From: a virus
IMG/VR virus record: IMGVR_UViG_3300027754_000042
Direction: 5' to 3' (one strand)
Length of the DNA stretch: 64,000 nucleotides
Shown here: positions 27,130-38,100 of the stretch, one piece after another
How positions within the stretch are numbered: the first letter of the stretch is position 1
Layout of the letters: each line of letters opens with the position of its first letter
The notes under the pieces: generated by a model
Told to the model about the DNA's origin: nothing
What the model saw: only the letters and a program-made list of their open reading frames with translations
Databases searched by the model: none
Translations under genes and position numbers: made by a program

Positions 27130-28388
27130 CAGATCAATCTACGGGTGCTGGTTTACTTTCAACATGCACAATCAATGGCACTGATGTTCGCGCTATTGTA
27201 AATCAGGTTGATTATTTTGAAAGTATCTATACCACAAGCACATCTTGCAATATCGTCGTCAACGATGCCAGCGGGTTTAGCCAAAACGCAAGCTTGAAAA
27301 ATGGCGAAGACGTTGAGATTGCGTTTGGTGGACGTTCGGGATCACAAATCAAAATGAAGTTTGAGGTGTCGATTGTTGGTGATCGTATGCGCGTGAAAGA
27401 TAACCAGGACATGTACACACTCACGGCTGTATCGTCTGAGATGGCTTCGGATAATACAAAATCAATTGACAAGCCATACAAAGATATGAAGCTATCGGAT
27501 ATGGTAAAACAAGTCCATGAAATATACACCAAAGATTCTAAGACAATTAAGAAAGACCTGATTACCAACGAGGAAAGCGAAGGCAAACAAAATTACGTCG
27601 GCACTGGACGCAATCCAACAACCGTATTCCGTTGGGCTGGCAAAGAAGCTAAATCGTCTAAAGCTAAAGCGTCAAATTATGTTTACTACCAAGACAGAGA
27701 CGGGTATCATTTCAAAACGATAGCATCAATGCTCGAAGGTTCTGAAGCTATGACATTCTCATACGCTATGCAGAATACTGGTTCTGGTGGTGATGCAGCA
27801 AAGCGCATTATTTCATTCGAACAGAAACAAGATTTTAATGGGCTAGACGCAAGTGATAGTGGTGCAGAATCTCATCATCAATACATCTACGACCCATTGA
27901 CAGGGAAAATAGATTCGGTTGCTAATGGTCAGAGAGATGGACAAGATTCAAAAACACTCAATGGAAAACCTATTATCGCAAAAGATGAGACAAAAGGAGC
28001 AACACCTGGTTATAGAGGCAAAAGAGTTGATGTTGCTATTGCTCACGGTGGTGTAGGTAAAGGTGAAGGAACTGCCAGTAAATTTATTCAAGCTCGTTCC
28101 CCAAAAGACGTAGAAAACAAAAGAACTATAGGCGAGCATGGAGCACAAGCTACAATTGCTAATCAACTCGAAAATCTTGTGATGAATGTCCTTGTTCCTG
28201 GTAATACCTCTATCAAACCCGGAATAAAAATTAAATTGCAGATACCAGCAAGCCAAGAAGGTAACGAATTAGATAACCGCTCTGGTGTGTTTCTCGTAAC
28301 AAGTGTCCGCCACATCATATATAAAGATGACAAGGATATCAAATACAATTGTGTTTTGGAATGCAAATCCGATTCGCATAGTAAATAA
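27126..28388 (+). CDS. Baseplate hub protein (gp27/VgrG-N-like)
   Basis: FESIY, YYQDRDGYHFKTI, VPGN..I.PG, SGVFLVTSVRH; lies between gp53 and gp5. Confidence 0.7.
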   Translation: MTDQSTGAGLLSTCTINGTDVRAIVNQVDYFESIYTTSTSCNIVVNDASGFSQNASLKNGEDVEIAFGGRSGSQIKMKFEVSIVGDRMRVKDNQDMYTLTAVSSEMASDNTKSIDKPYKDMKLSDMVKQVHEIYTKDSKTIKKDLITNEESEGKQNYVGTGRNPTTVFRWAGKEAKSSKAKASNYVYYQDRDGYHFKTIASMLEGSEAMTFSYAMQNTGSGGDAAKRIISFEQKQDFNGLDASDSGAESHHQYIYDPLTGKIDSVANGQRDGQDSKTLNGKPIIAKDETKGATPGYRGKRVDVAIAHGGVGKGEGTASKFIQARSPKDVENKRTIGEHGAQATIANQLENLVMNVLVPGNTSIKPGIKIKLQIPASQEGNELDNRSGVFLVTSVRHIIYKDDKDIKYNCVLECKSDSHSK

Positions 28389-28400
28389 GGAAGCTTAGTC

Positions 28401-28784
28401 GTGGCAGAACCCGGTAGTACATTTGGTAAAAATTTAACATGGTGGGTAGGCACCGTTGAAGATCGTGGTACTGGGCAGTTCTCTGGTAAAAAAGATGAAC
28501 TAAAGCTTGGGCGTTTGAAAGTTAGAATCCATGGGCATCACACGGAAGACAAAGGAACTTTACCTACAAAGGATTTGCCATGGTGTGACGTTGCAACACC
28601 GATGACATCAGCATCTATCAGTGGCGTTGGGCGTTCGCCGACTGGTATCACTGAAGGCTCAAAGGTATATGGATTTTTTTATGATGGTGAAGGAGCACAG
28701 TTTCCAGTAGCAGTTGGTTCATTCCCGCATATTCAACAAAAAGGCGGTTCAGGTAAAAAGTCACCAGGTTCAGGTAAGTCATAA
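28401..28784 (+). CDS. gp5 N-terminal OB-fold domain as a stand-alone ORF
   Basis: WWVGTVEDR...LGRLKVRIHGHH...LPW...P..SAS..G.G, EGSKVYGFFYDG...PV. Confidence 0.85.
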   Translation: MAEPGSTFGKNLTWWVGTVEDRGTGQFSGKKDELKLGRLKVRIHGHHTEDKGTLPTKDLPWCDVATPMTSASISGVGRSPTGITEGSKVYGFFYDGEGAQFPVAVGSFPHIQQKGGSGKKSPGSGKS

Positions 28785-29755
28785 TGGCAATATCACAATC
28801 ACCATATGCAGATTACTTTATCAAAGTAAATTCTCTATCAACGACAAATCCAACACCGATCCTTACTGGTACGGTAAAATTTGACCGTATACAAAATCAA
28901 ACGATAGAGATAACTGTCAACTATATTACATACAAGTTATTTCAAGGTAATCTTGGAATTGATGAGACTGTTACACCTAACGTATGGAAGCTTCACTTCT
29001 CTGCACCTTTATATCCAGGGAATTATGACGTAGAAGCTAGAGTGATTGACGTTACCAATAATATCATCGTTGTTTCTGATAACGTATACGGCGAACTAAC
29101 CATTACACGCCCACAACCAGCATCACTTCAAGCTAGGTCTCAAAATCTAACGATTCCACAAAAAGTTGCTCTCGTAGCTGGTCTATTAGATGCTGTATCA
29201 AAATTACCAGGTTCTGGTGGTAATTCTGGTGTTGGTGGTAATCCATCAGTTCATCCTACAGTTGATGATGACTGTACAACATCATTTCCTGGGCGTGCTG
29301 ACCAAGAGCGCGAGGAAGATCCTCGCGTCAAAGATAAAGACACAAGACAAAAACCAAATAAGATTCCTAAGCCACCTAAATCACATCCATTTCCTGTTGT
29401 TGGTTCTGGTGGTGGTCCATTAGGTGCGCTTGGTGGTTTATTAGGTGCAGCATTAGGCGGTAAAGCTGGTGGGCTACTAGGTGCTGTTGGTGGTGCATTA
29501 GCAGGAAGCGCATTGGGTGGTGTTATTTCTGGTTTAGGTGGAAGTATACCAAGCTCATTAGGCGACCTTGCTAAGATGGCTACTGGTGGAACTGTTTTAC
29601 CTAGTATGGAATCTGCCGCTGGTGATTTAGAAAAAGTTGCTGGTGAACAAGCTTCGGCGGCTGCCAGAGAAATTCCATTGCCACCAATCAAACCCGCTGA
29701 TATAGCAGGCAGACAAACAGAAGCTGGCACAGTAATGTCATCATCGGTAGGATAA
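28784..29755 (+). CDS. Hypothetical protein (Ig-like N-terminus, Gly-zipper-like C-terminus) between the gp5 fragments
   Basis: TTNPTPILTG...W...L.PG.YDV.A Big-like pattern; GLLG repeats. Confidence 0.55.
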   Translation: MAISQSPYADYFIKVNSLSTTNPTPILTGTVKFDRIQNQTIEITVNYITYKLFQGNLGIDETVTPNVWKLHFSAPLYPGNYDVEARVIDVTNNIIVVSDNVYGELTITRPQPASLQARSQNLTIPQKVALVAGLLDAVSKLPGSGGNSGVGGNPSVHPTVDDDCTTSFPGRADQEREEDPRVKDKDTRQKPNKIPKPPKSHPFPVVGSGGGPLGALGGLLGAALGGKAGGLLGAVGGALAGSALGGVISGLGGSIPSSLGDLAKMATGGTVLPSMESAAGDLEKVAGEQASAAAREIPLPPIKPADIAGRQTEAGTVMSSSVG

Positions 29756-29767
29756 GGGGAGTATATT

Positions 29768-30883
29768 ATGGCATTTCAAGATCCAAATGCAGCAGCATTA
29801 GCAGCAGGGGCACAACCTGGACAAACTGCTACTGTGACAGATGGCGGTGTTGCTGGTACACCATTTGAAGTAAAAGCACCAGAATCATCGCCTACAAGTT
29901 CACCTGCACCTGCGGGTGGTGGATCAACGGCTGACGAAGCACCGCCTGGTGGTAAGAGCGCAAAGTATCTAGGTAATCACGTTACTACTACAGAATCCGG
30001 TCATAAGATTGAAATTGATAATTCCCCTGGAGATCGCCGCTTACACATTTATCATGCATCGGGTACGTTCATCGAAATCAAAGATGATGGTATGCGTATC
30101 AGCAAAATTGTCGCAAAGGATCAAGAGTATGTGACTGGTGATAAAGATCAAGTTATTCATGGGAACTTTTTTGTTCATGTTGATGGCGACTATACGATGA
30201 AGGTTGAAAAGAAGTTCAAGCTTGAAGTTGGTGATTTTGAACTTATCAGTCATAAAGATATGAATTTTAAATCAGATGGCAATACGTTACAAGAGCATGG
30301 TGGCGATCAGCGCGTACAAGTTAATGGATTTGCTTCTCATCGTGCATCAAAAGATAGGGACTCTATTACAGGTGGCAATAGCTCAACCCACACATTAGGA
30401 AACCATTTCTCAACAACCGTTGGTGATTTTACGAACACCGTTAATGGCGACAAATATGAAACGGTTGGCGGTATATTTTATCTTCATGGTAATAAAGATG
30501 CGTCGATTAGTTCAGGAAAAGATTTAGCATTGGGTGCTGTAGGTTCTGTTGGTATCAATGCCGAAACAGGTCAGTTTACAGCAAAATCTATAACAGGGTG
30601 CCAGATAGATGACCAAAACTTCATTCAGCTTTTCTCATATGGAGCTGGACCAGCATATCTAGGAAACTTTGGTGCTGGCTCAGCGGGTGTACGAGCCAAC
30701 GGTGGGGGTAATGCTGGTGTCGTTTCATCAAGTGCCAAAGCTATTCTATCAGGTGGAACCAACAATATCGTTAAGTCCGGAACGAGTACCATAATTGAAA
30801 GCGGTACCGCGGATACCGTTCCAACAAATACAGGAACATGGATTGGCGTAGGCGTAGTCAGTTCTATTACAACAGGATCTTAA
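29768..30883 (+). CDS. gp5 C-terminal spike (beta-helix) domain as a stand-alone ORF
   Basis: NHVTTTESGHKIEIDNSPGDRRLHIYHASGTFIEI followed by V-x-G-D/N repeats. Confidence 0.85.
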   Translation: MAFQDPNAAALAAGAQPGQTATVTDGGVAGTPFEVKAPESSPTSSPAPAGGGSTADEAPPGGKSAKYLGNHVTTTESGHKIEIDNSPGDRRLHIYHASGTFIEIKDDGMRISKIVAKDQEYVTGDKDQVIHGNFFVHVDGDYTMKVEKKFKLEVGDFELISHKDMNFKSDGNTLQEHGGDQRVQVNGFASHRASKDRDSITGGNSSTHTLGNHFSTTVGDFTNTVNGDKYETVGGIFYLHGNKDASISSGKDLALGAVGSVGINAETGQFTAKSITGCQIDDQNFIQLFSYGAGPAYLGNFGAGSAGVRANGGGNAGVVSSSAKAILSGGTNNIVKSGTSTIIESGTADTVPTNTGTWIGVGVVSSITTGS

Positions 30884-30889
30884 ACTAAA

Positions 30890-32755
30890 ATGGCAGATCA
30901 ACTCCAATTAGACTACCAGCTAAGAGCCGTTTTAGGGCAGACGATAAATCTTGTTGCCGGCACTGAATATGTGATATATGGCACACCGCACAAGTATATG
31001 GGTACTGATCTAATTCATCAACAAGCTACAAGATTGATGAACGACCATCCAGATTTATTCAATGCGTCTGTTGCGCTTGGTATGATGCGCGATCCTCTTG
31101 GGTATAGACCTCCACCATTTCAATTATCACCTAATGTTGTCGCTGGTCTAGCGGCTGCGTCAGCCGTTGGTAAGCTTGCGGATCTAGCAGGAATGGGAAA
31201 AGCAATAAGCGATCTTGCTCCTGGTCTTAGTTCTGCGATGGAAGGTTTGACAGGGCAAATGGGGTCCTTGATGAAGTCTTTACCGTTCACTAAACTTGGT
31301 GCAATTGGTTTGACATTGCCTGGGAACATTCTCGCAACTAAAGCTATATTGACAGCCGCAATTGGAGGACCATTTTCAGCGATAGCAATGGCCATGAAAG
31401 GTAGTCTACTAGCCGATGTTGTCAAAGCTGCCGAATCTGCTGCTGGTGCGCTTGGTGCCGCTGTAAACCTTGCAAGTCAAGTCGGTGGTTTGGCTAAAGC
31501 TATGAGTTCTGGAAATCCTGTTGCTATGGCAGGTGTGGCTGCTGGGATTGCATCTCAATTCCCTATGATTAATCCAAATGCAATTGCTGGGCAAATGATT
31601 TCTGGTGCTTTGTCTGGCGCTGGTTTTGATATCGCATCAAAGATCCCAAACATGAGCATGGTAGGCGGAATTATGAACATGCTTCATATACCAGGCAAGC
31701 TCCCTACAAAGGATGCACCTAAGCCCATCAAAACTGCTGCACCACCAAAGCCATTAAAACCAGTTGAGCTGAAAAACTTATTTGCTGAAGGCGCAGCCGC
31801 TGGTAGTATTTCAGATTTGACTAAACCATTATCACAACTCATGGGTATTGCTGCTACGGTTGCGGGTGCTGTTGGTGTCGCAAGCATGGTCGCGCATAGC
31901 GCGTCGGCCACATCATCTGGTCGTCAAAAACTAACAGGGAATGCAAATACTGTAAACTGGGGATCTAACGGGTACACACGCGATCCATACGTGGATGCTA
32001 TTACTGCTCGTCGTATGGCACTATCATCATCAATTGAAAGACACACCAAAGAACTAAACGTGATGACAGCTGACCCATATAATATTCTTTATTCATTGCC
32101 TTATTCAGAATTGGTGCGCCGTTATCCTCAAATTAGACCAAATACTCCTGTTGCTCAAGCCTTGCAGTTTATCAAGACAGCGCAAACGGTTGCATTGTTG
32201 GCTGGTATTACCGTTGACATCGTTTCGAGTATCGGATCTTACAATTTTGAGTCTGGAGGTGTTATAGATAGTGGTGCGGCTAAATCTAGCACCAGCACGA
32301 CACCAGCATTACTTGATGATGCGTATGGATCTTTGAGAGAACCAACGCTACAAGATCGTACAAATCCAGCCACATTCCGTGGTGCACAAGTACCTAACCC
32401 ACAAGCACCATACGATTCTAGCGTAGGTGAAGCTGGGATCTATGGGCGTGGCGGAGGCCATTTAACAGGTGAGTCATTTGAACTTACAAAATCTCAAAGA
32501 GAACAGCAATTTGGTTTACCTGAACCTGTAACTGGGGCAGTATCTGAATTTGATGTTGGCGCACTTCGTTACGATGATCCACAAGCTTGGGTTGAGACTG
32601 TGGAGAATAAGATTACAGAAGAAGTTGTATCTGGCAAGTCGTTCTCTGCTTCTGATGGCTATGATAGCTACACTGGTTCTGAGGGTAATTATGATTATAG
32701 CGACCAACAAGGTGATAATAGTGTAGGTGAACCTTATCCTGATTATAGCGAATGA
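30890..32755 (+). CDS. Hypothetical Ala/Gly/Met-rich structural protein with an acidic tail
   Basis: 621-aa ORF in the late baseplate operon between gp5-C and gp25. Confidence 0.6.
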   Translation: MADQLQLDYQLRAVLGQTINLVAGTEYVIYGTPHKYMGTDLIHQQATRLMNDHPDLFNASVALGMMRDPLGYRPPPFQLSPNVVAGLAAASAVGKLADLAGMGKAISDLAPGLSSAMEGLTGQMGSLMKSLPFTKLGAIGLTLPGNILATKAILTAAIGGPFSAIAMAMKGSLLADVVKAAESAAGALGAAVNLASQVGGLAKAMSSGNPVAMAGVAAGIASQFPMINPNAIAGQMISGALSGAGFDIASKIPNMSMVGGIMNMLHIPGKLPTKDAPKPIKTAAPPKPLKPVELKNLFAEGAAAGSISDLTKPLSQLMGIAATVAGAVGVASMVAHSASATSSGRQKLTGNANTVNWGSNGYTRDPYVDAITARRMALSSSIERHTKELNVMTADPYNILYSLPYSELVRRYPQIRPNTPVAQALQFIKTAQTVALLAGITVDIVSSIGSYNFESGGVIDSGAAKSSTSTTPALLDDAYGSLREPTLQDRTNPATFRGAQVPNPQAPYDSSVGEAGIYGRGGGHLTGESFELTKSQREQQFGLPEPVTGAVSEFDVGALRYDDPQAWVETVENKITEEVVSGKSFSASDGYDSYTGSEGNYDYSDQQGDNSVGEPYPDYSE

Positions 32756-32782
32756 TAGTATCTGACCGGTTACAACATCCTT

Positions 32783-32811
32783 ATTATACCTTAAAAATAA
32801 CTAAATGTCAA
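32783..32811 (-). promoter_or_regulatory. Perfect sigma70 promoter on the minus strand (TTGACA-17-TATAAT), antisense to the baseplate genes
   Basis: + strand reads ATTATA 32783-32788 and TGTCAA 32806-32811, with a 17-nt spacer. Confidence 0.8.
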
Positions 32812-32852
32812 GAGTTTTTTCGTAATAAATAACAGATAAAGGAAAAAACTTA

Positions 32853-33281
32853 ATGGTCAAAAAGTTACCACCATCGCTTACCAAAACGTCTTATAGGGAC
32901 TTTGATCTGTCCTTTAAGAAGCACCCTGTCACGGGAAAATTGCTGGTAAAGAAAGACGATGATGCTGTTAAGCAGGCCGTTAAGAATTTGGTTCTAACAA
33001 ACAAATACGAGAGACCGTTTAGCCCAGAATTTGGGGGCGACGTTAGATCGAAACTTTTTGAGAACTTTTCGCCATTTATTCAATCCGATATGGAAACGCG
33101 AATCAACACCACGCTCAAAAATTATGAGCCTCGTGTTAAAATTATGAACGATCTTGGTATTGATACCGTAACCGTAATTCCTTACCCTGACTATAATGGT
33201 TTAAATGTTACCGTTAGATTCAAAGTAATTGCTTCATTGAGCGACGTTTCGCTAGACATTAATCTTAACAGGGTCCACTAA
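32853..33281 (+). CDS. gp25: Baseplate wedge gp25
   Basis: YRDFDLSFKKHPVT, AVKQAVKNLVLTN..ERPF.PEFG, YEPRV; AATAAATA late-like promoter at 32824. Confidence 0.93.
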   Translation: MVKKLPPSLTKTSYRDFDLSFKKHPVTGKLLVKKDDDAVKQAVKNLVLTNKYERPFSPEFGGDVRSKLFENFSPFIQSDMETRINTTLKNYEPRVKIMNDLGIDTVTVIPYPDYNGLNVTVRFKVIASLSDVSLDINLNRVH

Positions 33282-35182
33282 TGGCTGCTAATACCGATCT
33301 CATCGTAACAGGGTTAGATTTTACCGCTATTCGCGCAAATCTACGCAATTTTCTTGCAGCTAAGCCAGAATTTACCGATTATGACTTCCAAGACTCAGCA
33401 ATGGGCACACTATTGGATTTGCTTGCATATAATACCTACTATCAAGCTTTTTATGCTAACATGGCTACCGCTGAGGGTTTTCTTGATAGCGCGCAGATTT
33501 ACGATAGTGTTGTTTCTCGTGCCAAAGCAATTGGATATCTGCCATCATCCGCACGTGGCGCGACTGCAAATCTTCAGATCATATTTACGGCTAGTGTGGC
33601 TACACCTACATTTCGTTCGATTACTGTACCAAAAAATACTCGATTTACCACAACAATCAACGGCACAGCATATATTTTTGTAACACCACAAACATATACG
33701 GTCACTGCAAATTCAACAAGTGGGTTTGCCAGTTATATAAACATTACAGAAGGCGAACCGCTCACCCATAGATATCTATTCAATCGAGCATCAAACACAT
33801 CATTCGTATTACCGAATGAAAATGTAGATACATCAAGCATTACCGTATCGGTAACGACAGCTGGGAATACGCAAACATACGTTCGCGCAGATGATATTCT
33901 GACTGTTAATTCTAGCTCAAAAGTTTATTTTGTTGAAGCTGACAAAGGATACAAATACAAAGTTTCATTTGGAGATGGTGTGTTTGGTACATACCCAATA
34001 AACTCAAGCGTCGTTAATATTTCGTATCGCGTATGCAATGGCGAAATGACTAATGGCGCCAACGATTTTAGATTGGTTGGATCTACAATTGACGGACAAG
34101 CCAGTGTTTACATAGCCTCAGTTGGACGTGCTTCCGGGGGCGCTGAAGTTGAAGGTATTGAGTCGGTTCGACGCAATGCTCCTCTCTCATACGAAACACA
34201 AAATCGAGCTGTAATTAATAACGATTACGAGCGTATTATTTTACGCGACAATCCAGATATTCAAGCGATTAGTACCTGGGGTGGTGAGGATAATTATCCG
34301 CCTATCTACGGTAAAGTTTTTGTGTGTGCTAAACCAAAAATAGGCAATATCTTTTCATCAAGTCGTAAAAATACCATCAAGATCAATCTAAAAAAATATA
34401 ACGTACAGTCTATCGACGTTGAAATGGTTGACCCTACTTATTTGTATATCATACCTAGCGTCATTGTTCGTGCTGATTTCCGAAACACAACATTAACACC
34501 AGGTGAAATTGCATCGCGTGTTGCAAATAAAATTATATCTTACGAGACAACTGGTTTGAATCTATTTGGTAAACGCTTTCGTTTTTCTAAATTTCTTGAA
34601 ACTATAGACTCGGCTGATGATTCGATAATGACATCGGATGCTAACATCCAAACAAAAAAAATGTTCATCCCGTCTTTGACTACGCCAAGCACATATACGC
34701 TGCGTTTCAATCATTCAATTCAAGGGCTAGGTGGGTATATTTCTAACATACCAGATAATATCAGTTTGGGTACAGTTACTTCATCTAAATTTACATATCA
34801 GGGGTATGAAAATTGCTACTTTGATGACAATGGGTATGGTACACTTCAAATCTATTATCCAAATCGCACTGATAATAGCGCAGAAATTCTTTCTCGTAAT
34901 TATCTATCAGTTAACGCCGGAACAGTCGATTATGAAAATGGCATAGTAACGATTACATCCTTCTTACCACAAGCATATGATGGGTCCACTATGTCTATAG
35001 TGTGTTCTCCAACAACAACAAATATTGTGCCAATTCGGAATCAAATCTTACTCATGGCACAATCAAAAATTCAAGTTATTGACGATCTGTCTGGTATTGT
35101 GGTATCATCCGTTGCAAGCGTGGAAACTATTGGGCAAACTCAAATATCTATAATTCCAGGCGGAAGGTTAAATAACTTCTAA
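33281..35182 (+). CDS. gp6: Baseplate wedge gp6
   Basis: LDF..IR.NL, FTDYDF, LLDLLAYNTYY, FLDSA, FGDG.FG, QNRAV...DY, WGGE...PP.YGKV. Confidence 0.95.
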   Translation: MAANTDLIVTGLDFTAIRANLRNFLAAKPEFTDYDFQDSAMGTLLDLLAYNTYYQAFYANMATAEGFLDSAQIYDSVVSRAKAIGYLPSSARGATANLQIIFTASVATPTFRSITVPKNTRFTTTINGTAYIFVTPQTYTVTANSTSGFASYINITEGEPLTHRYLFNRASNTSFVLPNENVDTSSITVSVTTAGNTQTYVRADDILTVNSSSKVYFVEADKGYKYKVSFGDGVFGTYPINSSVVNISYRVCNGEMTNGANDFRLVGSTIDGQASVYIASVGRASGGAEVEGIESVRRNAPLSYETQNRAVINNDYERIILRDNPDIQAISTWGGEDNYPPIYGKVFVCAKPKIGNIFSSSRKNTIKINLKKYNVQSIDVEMVDPTYLYIIPSVIVRADFRNTTLTPGEIASRVANKIISYETTGLNLFGKRFRFSKFLETIDSADDSIMTSDANIQTKKMFIPSLTTPSTYTLRFNHSIQGLGGYISNIPDNISLGTVTSSKFTYQGYENCYFDDNGYGTLQIYYPNRTDNSAEILSRNYLSVNAGTVDYENGIVTITSFLPQAYDGSTMSIVCSPTTTNIVPIRNQILLMAQSKIQVIDDLSGIVVSSVASVETIGQTQISIIPGGRLNNF

Positions 35183-38100
35183 TGGCAACATTTGCAGTAG
35201 GTATTGTAGAATTTACCGCAGTTACCGCAGACCCGGTTCTTCAATGGGGTGCTGGCGCTGCGATCACAGCGAATGTGGCCGTTTCAGAAATTGTTGGTGG
35301 CCCTGTCTGGTCGCTTTCAATTTCAGAATCTGCTCGCGCAAACAATACCACATTTATGCGATATACTGGTGCCGCGGCTATGGCCGAAAGTGTATCTATT
35401 ACCGATACCCCTGCTTCTATATCAAATATTGTTGAAACTATAACCGCGGCTGCAACTCAAAGAGCAAATGTAGTATTTTCGGCTATTATTACTTCACCAG
35501 TATCTGCAACCGATACGTTTATTCGCGTTACACCAGTTTCTATCGTAGAATCCGTAACACTTAGAGATGAACCATTTTACGAAAAACATGTTGTATCTGG
35601 TGCCGAGGAAATTTATCGTAAGATATCACCAAAAATTGAAATGCAATTCCCAGGATTCATTCGTGAAGAAGGACCTCAGTTTGTCGCATTTCTCAAAGGA
35701 TATCATCAGTTTGCTGAACAGACTGGTATGCCTATTGATGCCATTCGTGGGTTACCAGATAATCAAGACATTGATCGTTCATTAGATATGTTTGTTGAAT
35801 ATTTTAGACGCGAATTTATGCCAAACATACCAAAATATGTTGCGGCCGATCAGCGTTTGATGACAAAGTATATTAGAGAATTTTACAGAAGTCGTGGTTC
35901 GGACGATTCTTTCCGTGCTATCTTCCGTGCTATGTTCAACAAAGAAATTGACCTGTACTACCCTGGTCAAGATGTTCTTCGTGCGTCTGATGGGCGTTGG
36001 GTAAAAGAAACCATCATTCGTGTTGGTACACCATATAACACTATACCAACAAGCATGGCTGGTAACATCATTACCGGACTAACATCTGGCGCAACCGCGC
36101 GTGTAGAAAATACACAGACACTAGAAGCATCAGGCATCTTGGTATATGATTTAACAATTCAAGGCGTTGTTGGAACATTTTCTGACGGTGAAATCGTACA
36201 AGATGAATATGGTAATCGTGCTACAATCAATAACCAGCTAGGTGCTTTGACTGGTATTGATGTTTTACAAGGTGGTGCATTTCACTCGTCTGGTGGGTCG
36301 TATCACGAAAAAGGTGACGTGGTTGAAATAACCGGCGCTTCTTCTTCCGAACCAGCGTACGGAATCGTGACCGAAGTTAGCAATAAAAGCGCAGTGCAAG
36401 TTACGTTACTTAATGGTGGGGCTGGGTACACAAAAGATCACACCGTCATAACAACATCTGGCGGATCTGGTGTTGGACTCGCTATAAGAATCAATTCATG
36501 GACACAGACGGCTGTAAGTACAGCAATCAATAGTGATGCTATTGCGCCTATGGCTTTGGTTATGATTGGTACTCCAAATTATTTCGTATCTACTGGAGCC
36601 AATACGGCGACAGTATCGTCAAAATTATCTGGTAAACTAATTTTTAGCACCACGTCAAATACAATTTCTGGTATCGGCACCACATTTCAATCGCAGCTTT
36701 CAAATGATTTGTTGGTTCGAGTTGCTGGGCAAGCTAATACATTGCGCGTTCATTCTGTATTGAGCGACACATCATTTGTATCGGCATTTAGACCTTTAAA
36801 TAATCAAACATCACCAGGGGCCGATGCATATATTCGCTTGGCTGCCGCTAACGTAAATTCTACATTGGCTTCGGCATTTGCGTTCTCGACAACAGGGACA
36901 TATTCGATCAATTCGATTGCTATCATTAGCACTGGATATGATTATAAAACACTACCTACGATTACGATTACTGACGATACTACATCCGTATTGAATATCG
37001 AAGATGGTAATGGTGGATTCCTTGGACGTAATGCTGTTATTGGTATTGATAATGCACCAGGTGCTATCGTAAGCATCGACATTACCGCTGGTGGTGCCAA
37101 CTTCAATAGAAACGAACTTGCTACGATTCAAAACGTAACGCAAGGTAATAGTGTCATCATCGAATCTACGCCAGGCAATCTTGGCACCACGTGGCGCAAA
37201 ACAAAGACAACATTCAATGCTTCCGGTACACCTCAAGTTTCTGGCATCACAAAACTTCCTGGACGATACACAGATACTAAAGGTTTCCTAAGTTGGAACA
37301 ATAGACTTCAGGATAACTATTATTACCAGGAATTCTCTTATGTTGTTCGTGTTACTGAGCTTGTCGATAAGTATCGTGATATTATCAAAAATCTTGTGCA
37401 CCCTGCTGGAACAAAGATGTTTGGTACATACAATATGCGCTCAGCAGCCACAATGCCATTCACTCTTGTTGAGTCAAACTCAAATATCCAAAACGTAAGA
37501 GATAATGAGCCAGTTACGGCATTGGATAGCTTCACTGGTACGATGGTTAGCAATGGCAGCATAACATCTTCTTCAATAACACCAGCAGAAATTACCGCTG
37601 CGTATGTGTCGAAAGAAGTTGGTATATCGAATGTCGCAAATGCTAATGGCGTACCTGTTGCGATTGCTACATACCCAGGTGCAGGCACTGCTAACGTCAC
37701 AGCGACAACCACAGAAACTGCTATTGGTACATACCCAGCTGCTGGTACAGCTAACACAGCCGTTACAGATACTCCAGTTGCTATCGGTACATACCCAGCC
37801 GCGCGCACTGAAGCAGCTACCGCAAATAATACTCAGGTTGCGATTGCTACATATCCAGGCGCAGGTACTGCAAATATCGCTCTTAATACAACACAAGCGG
37901 CTGAGAAATTCCTTCTCGTATCAGGAAGATATGTCACTGTTCAATACGCCAACAGTATCGTTTCTCTATACGAATCAGTGCCAACAAGCGTATACGACGC
38001 GATTACGATTTCGATGTTCGACGACAAACCAAGATTGGTTCGTATTGCGAAAGGCACACCGTGGTTTGCAAACAACGCTCTCCGTGCAAACACTGGCACA

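Noticed and set aside
32516-32710. Minus-strand 64-aa ORF as the target of the antisense promoter
   Set aside because: Non-ATG start, no recognisable SD or domain, and fully inside a sense gene; cannot be supported, though not excluded
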